From assembly GCF_964194155.1 (NCBI RefSeq), contig NC_135902.1, forward strand, positions 49,228,001 to 49,292,000: 64,000 nucleotides of DNA, read 5' to 3'. Every line of letters begins with the position of its first letter. Position 1 is the first letter of the stretch. The DNA comes from Cetorhinus maximus (lineage: Eukaryota). Below, piece after piece: positions 47,901 through 59,900 of the stretch. Below the pieces are notes generated by a model. That model searched no databases and had not been told where the DNA came from. It worked only from the letters and a program-made list of their open reading frames with translations. The translations under genes and the position numbers were made by a program.

Positions 47901-50900
47901 AACGGAAGATGATCTTGGAGGCCTCTGAGGCAAAGTGCAAGGCTTGCTGGCTCTTCACCTCTTGGAGTTCCTCCTTGACATCGACCCCCATCGACTGCAG
48001 CCGGAGCAGATTCTGCATGTTTTTCTGGAGTCAAGACATTTCCCTCTGTTCCTTTCTAGCTTTCTGGGTGCCTTTGAGGATGAAAAACCTCTTGATGTTT
48101 CCCTTGATCGCTTCCCACCAGTGTGTCAGGGACTCAAAGAGGGGTTTCACGGTTCTCCAACCTTTGTAATCCCTCTTGAGCTCCTCAATGTTCTCTGGGG
48201 TCAGCAGTTGCACATTTAGCTTCCATGCCCCCCTGCCCACCCTCAGGTCCTTCTCTAAGTGGCAGTCCGCCAGTAGGAGGCAGTGGTCAGAGAAAAACAC
48301 CGGCTTGACGTCAGTGGATCTGACTGTGAATGCACGGGACACAAACAGGAAGTCTATCCTGGAACGAATGGACCCGTCTGGCCGCGACCAGGTGTATCTA
48401 CGCTGCGCTCCGTCTGCAGGGTTGCTGAAGACGTCGTGCAGCTTGGCATCCTTAACTGTTTCCATCAGGGATCTGGACGTAGTGTCCAATCTGCTGTCGG
48501 CCCTGCTGGATCGTCCAGCCGCATCGATGATGCAGTTGAAGTCACCACCCAGAATGACTGGCCTGGAGGTCGCCAGCAGCAGTGGGAGCTGCTGAAAAAC
48601 CTCCAGCCGCTCGGCCCCTTGTGACGGGCCATACATGTTAATTAACCGGAGTGGAGCGTTCTTGTACATTACGTCTGCTACGAGGAGGCGCCCGCCCACC
48701 ACCTCCTTAACCTCGGAGACGGTGAAGTTGCCTCCCCGCAGCAGAATACCCAGGCCGGAGGAACGAGAGTCGTTTCCGCCCGACCAGATCGATGGCCCAT
48801 GGGACCACCATCGTGACCATTGCCTGTAGGAGCTGAAATGCGGTATCGCACACTCCTGCAGAAACAACAGGTCAGCTTTGACCTTGGCAAGGTAGTCCAA
48901 GGTCGCAACACATCGCGTAGTCCAAAGACTTACTGGACTCTGGACTCACATGAAACAATAATTCTTCTTTGTTTCCTGTGGTTTTGCCCTGTACCTCTTT
49001 CTTTTCCTATCCCTTTTATAATTGTGTGATTGTACTGGGGTTATGTAGCGACGCCCTCGTCTCACGTTTTGAGTGTGTGTAAGTTAAATTAAACCCCTCA
49101 TTTTATCCTAGCTCAAGTTTGCTGTGGGGCTATTAATAGAGGGTTAGGGAAATACACCACAACTTATAAATGGGGAAATCAAAAATCGCAAAACGCATTT
49201 CTGTTTACTGATGGGTGGTGAGAAAAGAAATTAAGGCTACTATAAATTAAACCCCCTCCCGTCTGTAACAATAGCATGAAGCTTTTGAATATGTCCCAGA
49301 CCATTTTGACCAGAAAAGTAAAACTGTCGCTGTTTGTAAATTCAGATGCATATAAATACACCATGGGTCACAAAACATTGTTTACATTTTTTTTTAAATG
49401 AACATTAAACCTTGGATATTTGGGCATGAGCAATTGGCATCAAGCTATAAACTATGTCCAAAGTGTTTGTATCCTTAAAGAAGCAGTGGAGGAATGTAAA
49501 GAGGTATCAGTCATTTTAAACTTTTTCAAAGATGGTCTTATTTCCTGGTCTGATTCTTGAAAGTGTAGTTACGCTCTCAAAAATACACTTGGCCCAGTGA
49601 ACTTCCATATTCTCATGGAAAATTATACATTGCATCTTATTAGTTTAATTTGACCTGTATCACTGTCTACAGGTTTGCCTACCACAAAAGATGTTATAGA
49701 CTAATTTTGCTCTGTTTTCTGGCCCTTATTGTAGATTGGATTACCGTTGCCAATAATCTCCTTCGCAAGTGCCACATTAATCAGAGGGTGACAAAGTTCT
49801 GTGACTGTGATGCAAGTGTATTTATTGCCCTTTATGAAGCTATTCTTGGTGAAAAGGTCCCAGGTAAGTGAGTCATAACTGATAATTTGTAATAAAGAAA
49901 TCCTGCTCAGTAATGTAATAGTTTCAAGGCTTGGCATGTTGTGCTGCTATATTTAATGAGAAAAGTTTATGTGTAACCTTTTAATCTATTACAGATTACA
50001 TAGCTATCCCCAAAAGTCAGGAAGACGATGCCCATAATGTGCAGGCAGTGATAGATTCATTGGCTTTGGACTACTTACAAATCAGTTTGTCGCATATAAC
50101 TGGTCAGTAATAAAATAAGGCAACTTTATGTCTCAAGATGGAAAATGTTTTGAAACAAAAGTTCACGCAGCTTCAATTCCAATGTGGAGATTGGATGATT
50201 TTTGTTGTGTTCAAATGTAAAGGCTGTGAGTGTTCAGAATTTGTTTTGAGTTCTAGGGCTGATTTTTTTTTTTGTTTTGTTTTTTCATTGCACTAGTATC
50301 AACACCGAAACAATTGTGCAAGGTTCTGCATGCACAACTGCTTGAGTAATGTTTGTGAGAGCTAACACTTAGAATCTTGTGCATAACAAAATAATTTTAA
50401 GGTGACACTGAAAAGTCATTTGCCTAAATTAATTTGTGTAAATTCATGTCTCTTTTTCCTCCTCCACTCTTGTCCAGGAGAGAATATTATTCAGAATGAC
50501 AAAGAAAGTATACGGAATCTATTAGAAATCTTTGATGGTTTGCTAGAATATCTCACAGAACAGATAAGTGAGGCTTCCTCACAGCATGGTAAGTAAGTTT
50601 ATAAACTGAGTTGAACTACAAGCTTCCTAGTTTGACTAATTTTCAAAGTTTTGCTTTATCCACTAATTAGTTAATCATCTACTGAACTTTAAAATGAAAC
50701 ACAGATCTGAACCTTAGCCTGCTGATGTATTTTTTGTAACTGCCCTCCCTGACAACGCTATGGGTATGCCTAACCATGCATTGCAGCAGTTCAAGAAGGC
50801 AACTCACCAGTGAGCACCAGCTCACCGTTCTCAGCAGAGGTGCAGAAGGTCTTTGCTTTCCCTCTACTGTACAGGCAAGGATTGAGCTATCTGCAAATGT

Positions 50901-53900
50901 CAGAGACTCTATGCAAGAGAAGGCTTAAGCTATAAAGAGCCACAGTCACATCACTCTGTGACATGCTTGCAGGGGAGACCTCCCCCAACTGCATAGGGGG
51001 GCACCTGCTGCCTGTAGCTCTGAAGTTTGCTGTTGTGTTCAACTTTGTATCTGGCGCCTTTCAGGCAGCCTGTGGAGATCTCAATGGCATCTCACAACCT
51101 GCCACAAAGTACTTTATCAAGGTATTTACTGATGCAATGTTCTGAAGGGCAGAGAATTACATCTCCTTCACACTGGATGTCCAAAGTCAACTGGATATAG
51201 CCTGAGGTTTTGTGACAATTGCAGGTTTCCCCAGGGTGCAGGGAGCCATTGATTGTGTACTTGTTGCCATAAAGGCTCCTGCTGGACAGCCCTGCTCTTC
51301 CTTCAACAGGAAGGACTTCCACTCACTGAACATCCAGCTAGTCTGTGATCATCATTGGTAGATCGTGCAAGTATACGCCAGGTACCTGAGCAGCAGCTAC
51401 AACTCCTTCATCCTTTGCAACTGACAGGTGCCAGACCTATTCAGCGGCCCTGATTCCTTGGATGGACGGGTCATAGGTGACGAGGGCTATCGATTGAAGA
51501 GATGGCTAACAACACCTGTGAGGGTGCCCAGAACTGAGGCAGAAAGGAGGTACGATGATAATCACAGAAGCACCAAGGATATCATCAAGCAGACCATTGG
51601 TCTTTTGAAGATGAGATTCTGATGCCTGGATAGATCTGGAAGAGCATTGCAGTATCCCCTCACATATGTCCCTGATCGTCGTAGTGTACTGCGCCTTCTA
51701 TAACCTCACTATCCAAAGAGGGGATCCTCTGGAGGATAAGGGCATGGCAAATAGGGGCCAATCCTCAGAGGTTGAGATAAGGGAACAAAGTGACATTCAG
51801 GTCGAAGTCCTTGGCTGTGATTGCGAAGATGGCCGTGATACCAGGGATGTCTTAATATGGTAGAGGTTACAATAGTCTCCAATATCCCTATCAGAAATGT
51901 GTGGTCGCCATCTGTACAATCCTTTGCCCATGTGCACTGAGCGAGTCCTGTCACTGTCATGTCCACACACTATCCACTTCCCAATATAAACACAAGTGTC
52001 CTCCTGCTCTGCACCAATATTATCAAGCTTTCCTCTACCTCAAGATTCAAATGCCACAGCTCATTATTAAAACATCAGCGTAAGGGTTTGTGAGATGTGG
52101 GTTTATTTGCAAACATGAAAGGAATATTAACAAAGACGACAAGCAACTCACCCATGTGTCTCGTTAAAAATTCTCCGCAATAGTCACCATGTTTACGGGT
52201 GCCCTGGTGCAGTGCTCCACTTGCTTGCTACGCTGGAGAGAGGCAGCTGATCGACCACCTCCACCTATCACTGGCCTTCTATCCAGCTTTACCTTTCGTC
52301 CCTCCCCTTAAACAGTATATATTTCACCACATATTTTTACTTCTCTTCTCTGAAGAAGAGTCATACGGACTCAATGTTAACTCTGTCTTTCTCTCCACAG
52401 ATGCTGTCAGACCTGCTGAGTTTTTCCAGCATTTTTTTGTTTCCATTTCAGACCACCCCCCTTACCCTGGATGACCCCAGTGAGCATTCTCTGCACTGCT
52501 GTGGCCTTGAGCGGCCCACCACTTTAGAAGACTCCTGCTGAGAGGCAGGAGAATGTTCAGTTGTTGTGTCTCTGCACAAGGACTATGTCAATGGCAGATG
52601 GACGGAGGAGATGCTGCCCCCAACAGAAGTGCCCTGAGAGCTGCTTCCAGATGGAGACAGCTGCTGCTCATCCTCTGCCTCAAGGACGATCTAGCCCTCC
52701 CTGCCAATCGGTGACCTTACAGGAATTGGGTATGCACCCAAGCTCCCAGTTCCCCTGGGCCCCTGAGCTCAGAGCCAGACTGATAGTGTACAGGTCTGTG
52801 CACATATCGACAATTGCATCCGCAATGCGCTAGATTTGCACCTCCAGGGCAGTCACCAGTCTGTCCATGGAGGAAGCTTTGTATTCCAAAGAGTGGGTAA
52901 TTGCAGTACACATGCCCTGGGTGGATACCTCCACAGCCTGGGCTAGAACACACAACCCCTCTGGTATACCCGCCAAATCTTCATGGACCTCGCACTGGAC
53001 ATTCAGTATCTGCCGTCCTTCTGGATGACTCCTGAGGCTCGTCATCCGACTCGGAATCAGTCTCCGATCACCCCAGACACTCCTCCGACTGTTTGAGGTC
53101 TTTTCTACCACACCTTTCTGGCAGCTGCACGTACGAATGTGAAGTGCCCTCTCCAGTCTGTGAATGTCCCCTGTCTGATGCATTAATTCCTGCTGAGGTG
53201 CCAGTATCTGTGATGGTGCTTAGTGCAGAGAGGATGTGATGTTGCATCCTCTGAGTGTGGTTCCTCCTCTGAGGGGAGTGATGGCACGGCATCTGGAGGA
53301 GGATGATCTAAAGAGGCTTATCCTGTGACAAAATGAGGAGGGGTTAATGGGCATCACTGACCTTGCCACATCAGCGAGCCACTATGACAACATGCTCAGC
53401 AACCTTACTCATCTCTAACATGAGAGATTAGATCTGCAGACACAATGCGCACTTGAAGGATAATCTGAAGCTTCAGATGATGAAGCTTGAGGGTTTCAAC
53501 GTTTGAACTAACATTAACAAGCTTCATTGAATCATGCTGCCCCCCCATTAATCTTGCACTTGCCCTGTCCCCTTTTTCTATTTGACTGAACCTTTTGCCA
53601 ACCCACCAGATGCAGGCCTTTCTCCAATCTTGCCTCTGCCTGGAGGACTCTGTCCGTGAGTGTCAGCCCGTCCTCCTTGAAGGAAACCACTACGATAAGG
53701 TTCGGAACTCCCCTGCCTGCATGGGCTTGCTCAAGGGGATTGTGGGTTTGCTTCTCCTGAAAAGATGTGTAAGAGTGCACTCATTAACAATTTCAGATTA
53801 TTAATGCTGCCTACCCATTTATTAGTAAAGTGTATGCCATCCTGGAGGCTGTGCTCATCCATCATATGCACATTCTGCCAACCACCCACCCCACAACTGG

Positions 53901-56900
53901 ACCAAAGCTCTAAAAGCACAATGACCATCGTCAATATGCCTTTGTTGCATCATGCTGCCTTTGAGCTCAAGCCAAACTCACTTTCCTCCTGCATTCGTGA
54001 GTGTGCCCTGTAGCACACTGGTACAAGATTGCCCATACTGAGGCCTTACCCTGGCCGGCCTCGTGAGATGAGATCACGAGCCTTTTCTGGCATTGGGAAT
54101 ATGTCCTTCTGATGAGCCCAATACTACCGACCTCCTTGGCCACCACCACCCAGGCTGCATGTGTCTAGCTCAGCATCCTCTTCCTATGGGTAGGCATCAG
54201 AGACTGCATGTAGGAGGGCTCGGAGGAAGTCCTCGTTTAATCTAGGGGCTGGTTTGACCCTTCTTCCCTGTCTCTCCCCTCGCCCCAATGGTGCAGACAT
54301 CTCTGGAAGAAAACAAGCAACAACCAGACAACTCCTGCCTACAAAGAATCAGTGAACTTGTTCAGGTTTAAAAAAAGAATGCCACCTCTGATCTGTGCCA
54401 AGGTTTGGAGACAGCAGAATTCAAAATAAAATGCACTGCCGTAGAAGCCTGCAGACTGCTCGACAAATTATCCTGGGAGGTTTGAAGTGATCCTGCATTT
54501 GCTGGGTCCCCAAAGCTGTCCCATGCCAGGGGTCCTGGCTGTGAACTTGTTTTGGGTCAAGGTCAATGACCCCTGAGGCCGTGCAACCCACCCTCCAACA
54601 CTGGGTGGGATGAAGGCCTCAAACTCGTCCTGGAAATTAACGAGCCCCAATTGATATTTTATCGGGCCTGGAAGTTGAAAGGCTGCTGACTTCCAGGTGC
54701 AGATACTGCTCTCGGCACCCCAGCATAGTGTTGAGCCCACCGTGTCTGTTATTTTTTTGATGGCAGTCTCCTTCATAAAAGGAATTTCCAATTGTAGCTT
54801 GGGTGGATTAGCCCACTTAGTGAAGTTTTGCTCGGGTGGGTAAGGAAAAGCACCAAGTCAGGAGCATAAACGCTGGCAATGACTAATTGAATGACCTGTT
54901 TCTGTGCTGTACTTGTTATCTGACGGTTTGCCAAAGTTTTTTTTGTAATTGCTGGGCACCACAGTAGATTCAATACAATACTGGACCAAATTTGTCTTTT
55001 TCTAATTCTAGATATTGGTTTTAAAGTTGAGCACAATATTTTTTTTTATTGCTAATGCTCTTTTGGGGCATCACATACAAATAGTAGTAGTTTTTGTGAT
55101 ACTGGCTTCATCTGCTGTTTCCCATTATCCGTCTCTTCTATACCATTTTGCTTCCAGCCAAGGTGCAAACTAATAGTTGATCCAAAATAAACTTTTCCAT
55201 ATTATGATCATCCAGTGACTTTTGATTTAAAGGAGTTCTGTAGCTTTGTATTTTGTCACTTATTTGGATGAAATCACAATCTCTCATTGCAAAAGAGGCC
55301 CTTCGGCCCATCAAGTCTGCACCAACACGTGAGAAACATCTGACCTACCTACCTAATCCCATTTACCAGCACTTGGCACGTCATAACATTCAAGGCTAAG
55401 TGCTCATCTAGGTACTTTTTAAAGGATGTGAGGCAACCCGCCTCCACCACCCTCCCAGGCAGTGCATTCTAGGCCGTCACCACCCTCTGGGTAAAAAGAT
55501 TTTTTTCCCCTCATCCCCTCCCTAAACCTCCTGTCCCTCACCTTGAACTTATGTCCCCTTGTGACTGACCCTGCAACTAAGGGGAACAGCTGCTCCCCAT
55601 CCATTCTGTCCATGCCCCTCATAATAGAACCATAGGAGGCCATTCAGCCCATCTTGTCCATGCCAGCCCGAGGACACCCAGGTGGCCTTTCTAATCCCAC
55701 CTTCCTGCACCCGGCCTATAGCCCTGCAGCTTGCAGCACTTAAGATGCAGATCCAGGTACTTATTAAAAGAGTTTCTGCCTCTACCACCAACTTGGGCAG
55801 TGAATTCCAGACACCCACTACCCTCTGTGTGTAAAAAATAAATAAATAAATAAATAAATTCTTCCTCATGTCCCCCCTATACCTTCTGCCACTTATCTTG
55901 CATCTATGCCCCCTGGTTCTAGAATTCTCCACCAAGGGAAACAATTTTATCCTGTCCACTCTATCTATTCCCCTCATAATTTTGTACACCTTAATCAAGT
56001 CACCTCTCAGCCTTCTTTGTTCAAAGGAAAATAACCCCAACCTATACAATCTCTCCTCGTAGCTAATCTTGTACACCTCGATCAGGTCGCCCCTCAGTCT
56101 TCCCTGCTCCAACGAAAACAACCCAAGTCTATCCAACCTTTCCTTCATAACTTAAATGTTTAATCCCAGGCAACACCCTGGTGAATCTCCTCTGCACCCC
56201 CTCCAGTGCAATCACATCCTTCCTATAATGTGGCGACCAGAACTGCACACAGTACTCCAGCTCTGGCTTCACCAAGGTTCTATATAACATGATCTCCCTA
56301 CTTTTGTAATCTATGCCTCAACTGATAAAGGCAAGTGTCCCATGTGCCATTTTTTACCACTAACATGCCCCTCCGCCTTCAGAGATCTATGGACACACAC
56401 ACCAAGTTCCTCAGAACTTCCTAGTGTCATGCCGTTCATTGAATACTTCCTTGTCAAATTACTCCTTCCAAAGTGTATCACCTCACACTTTTTTCAGGGT
56501 TAAATTCCATCTGCCACTTATCTGCCCATTTGACCATCCCGACTATATCTTCCTGTAGCCCAAGACACTCAACCTCACTGTTAACCACCTGGCCAATCTT
56601 TGTGTCATCCGCAAACTCACTAATCCTACCACCCACGTAGTCACCTGTGTTGTTTATAAATGACGAATAATAGGGGACCCAGCATAGATCCCTGTGGTAC
56701 GCCACTGGACACTGGCTTCCAGTCACTAAAGCATCCTTCTGTCATCACCCTCTGTCTCCTACATCTAAGCCAATTTTGAATCTAAATTACCCTGTATCCC
56801 ATGTGCATTTGCCACCTTTGTAAGTCCCCTATGTGGGAACTTGTCAAAGGCTTTGCTGAAATCCATATAAACTACATCAACTGCACTACCCTCATCTACA

Positions 56901-59900
56901 CACCTGGTCACCTCCTCAAAAAATTCAATCAAATTTGTTAGGCATGACCTCCCTCTGACAAAGCCATGCTGACTATCCCTGATGAAACCTTGCCTCTCCA
57001 AGTGGAGATAATTCTGAAGGAGAGAATCTTTCTCCAATAGTTTCCCTACCACTGACATGAGACTCACTGGTCTGTAGTTCCCTGGCTTATCTCTACAACC
57101 CTTCTTAAATAGAGGAACCACATTAGCTGTTCTCCAGTCCTCTGGCACCTCCTCTCCACCGCCAAAGAGGAATTAAAAATTTGGGTCAGAGCCCCTGCGA
57201 TCTCCTTCCTTGCCTCCCTCAGCAGTCTGGGACACAAATCATCCAGACCTGGGGATTTGTACACATTTTTAAGCCTGCCAACACCTCCAATACCTTGTCA
57301 CTCCCTATATCAATTTGCTCAAGAACCTTGCAGTTCCTCTCCCCGAGTTCCATACCTTCACCCTCATTCTCTTGGGTGAACACCAATGTGAAGTATTTGT
57401 TCAACACTCTAGTGATGTCCTCTGGCTCCACCCATAGATTGCCCCCTTGGTCCCTTATGGGCCCTACTCTTTCCCTGGTTATACTCTTCCCATTGATATA
57501 CATATAGAATATCTTGTGATTTTCCCTACTTTTACCAGCCAGAGCTTTCGCATATCCCTCTTTGCTCTCCTAATTGCTTTCTTAAGCTCCACCTTGCACT
57601 GTCTGTACTCCACTAATGCCTCTGCTGATTTGCTCCCCTTGTACCTGCTAAAAGCCTTTCTCATTTCCTTCTCATCGTAACCTGAATATCTCTGGTCATC
57701 ACCCTAAAGGGAACATGTTGAACCTGTACCATCCCCATTTCCTTGTCGAACATCCAACATCCCACCCCCACCCCCCTGCTCTTCTGAAGATTTCCCCACA
57801 AGTAGCTGTCTACCTTGGCCAGATCCTGCCTTATTTTACTGAAATCCACTCCCCCCACCACCCCCAATCCAAAACATTTTTTTGCAACTTGTCTATTTCT
57901 TTGTCCATAATAAGCTTAAATTGTACCATGTTATGGTCGCTATCACTAAAATGCTCCCCCACCACCACCTTAGCTACCTGTCTGGCTTCAATCCCCAGAA
58001 TTAGGTCCAGCACTGTATTGTCCCTTGATGGACCCTCTACATATTGACCTAAAAAGTTCACCTGTACACATTTCAAGAAATCCACTCCATCCAAGCCCTT
58101 AACACTATGTCTATCCCAATTAATGTTGGGAAAGTTGAAATCACCTAATATAATTACCCTATTATTGTTTTTACACACCTCTGCAAACTCTGCACATATT
58201 TGCTCCTCAATTTCTCGCTGACTATCCGGGGGTCTATAATAAACACCTAACAATGTGGCTGCCCCTTTTTTATTCCTGAACTCTACCCACAAAGCTTCAT
58301 TCAATTCCCCCTCCAAGATATCATCTCTCCTTACTGCAGTAACCTACTCCTTAACTAATAATGCAATGCCTCCTCCTCTTTTACCTCTCCCCTGTCTCGC
58401 CTGAAGATTCTATATCCCGGAATGTTGAGCTGCCAATCCTGCCCCTCCCTCAACCACATCTCTGTGATGGCTACTATATCACAATTCCACATGTCAATCC
58501 TTGCCCTTAATTCATCTGTTTTACCTATAATACTCCTGGCATTAATGTAGAGGCCATCTAGCCTTGCCTTACTCCCCTGAAATTTAATACAGCTGTACTC
58601 CCTCTGACTTGATTGTTTTACTGTATTATGATGTGTCCCTATTCTGCTAACATTGTGTCCCCTCCCCCCTGCCAAATTAGTTTAAATTCCTCCCAACAGC
58701 AAGGATGTTAGTCCCGCTCTGGTTCAGATGTAGACCGTCCCGCTTGTACAGGTCCCACCTTCCCCAGGAACGGTCCCAGTGATCCAGGAATCTAAAACCC
58801 TCCCTCCTGCACCAACTCTTAAGCCTTGCCTTCATTTGCGCTATTCTCCTATTTCTGTGCTCGCTTGCACGTGGCACTGGGAGTAATCCAGAGACTACAA
58901 CTCAAGAGGTCCTGCTTTTCAGTCTACTGCCTAACTCCCTGAAGTTTTGATGCAAGACCTCATCCCTCTTTTTACCTATGTCATTGGTGCCACCATGTAC
59001 CATGACCTCTGCCTTATCACCCTCCCCCTTCAGGATGTCCTGCAGCCGTTCAGTGACATCCCGGACCCTGGCACCAGGGAGGCAACACACAATCCTGGAG
59101 TCACATTGACGACCACAGTAGCGCCCATCTGTTCCCCTGACTATAGAGTCCCCTATTACTATTGCTCTTCCTTCCCTCCTGTACAGACAGATTGCTTGTG
59201 GTGCCAGAAGCTTGGCTCTGTCCGTGCTCCCTGGAGGAATCAGTGCCCTCGTCAGCCTCCAAAATGGAATACTGATTTGCGAGCGGGACCCCAGAGGACT
59301 CCTGAACTGCCTATTTCTCTTGGACTGCCTGGTGGTCACACATTCCCTTCCTTCCTCAAGTCCCTTCATCTTCAGTGTGACCACCCCTCTAAACGTGTTA
59401 TCCACGATGTTCTCAGACTTGTGGATGCTCCACAGTGTCCCCAGCTGCCATTCCAGCTCTGAAACCCAAGCTTCCAGGAGCTGTAGCTGGACACACTTGC
59501 TGCACATATGCTGGTCCCGGGCACTGGAAATGTTCCCGGCTTCCCACAAGGAGCACACCACGGCTTCGAGCTCTCCTGCCATGACTTATCCCTTTAAATT
59601 AAACCTTTTAAATCAATTACTCTTGGGCCCTTCTTTCCTGATCCTCGTTACTACAGAATATACAAACTATAAACCACAAAAAGACCTTAAAATATAAGCG
59701 ATAAAAGTAGTAAATAGTTACCCAACCTTGCCCACTACTTGCCTGTCATTTCTCTCCCTTGTAGCCTCTACTGCTGCAGCAGGGCAAGGCCACTCTGAAG
59801 ATTTAAGTAGTTGGATAGCAAAGAAAAAATGCAAAGAACACCTCTTCCCCTCTGCACTGTGCACCAAATTGTCAATACCCACGCTCACTCTGGCTCTGTC

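Noticed and set aside
45471-48900. Long ORFs (477, 374, 289 aa) as a host gene
   Set aside because: Pieces of one LINE ORF2 with poly(A) tail and TSD
51428-51622. Domesticated HARBI1 gene
   Set aside because: Multiple in-frame stops and frameshifts
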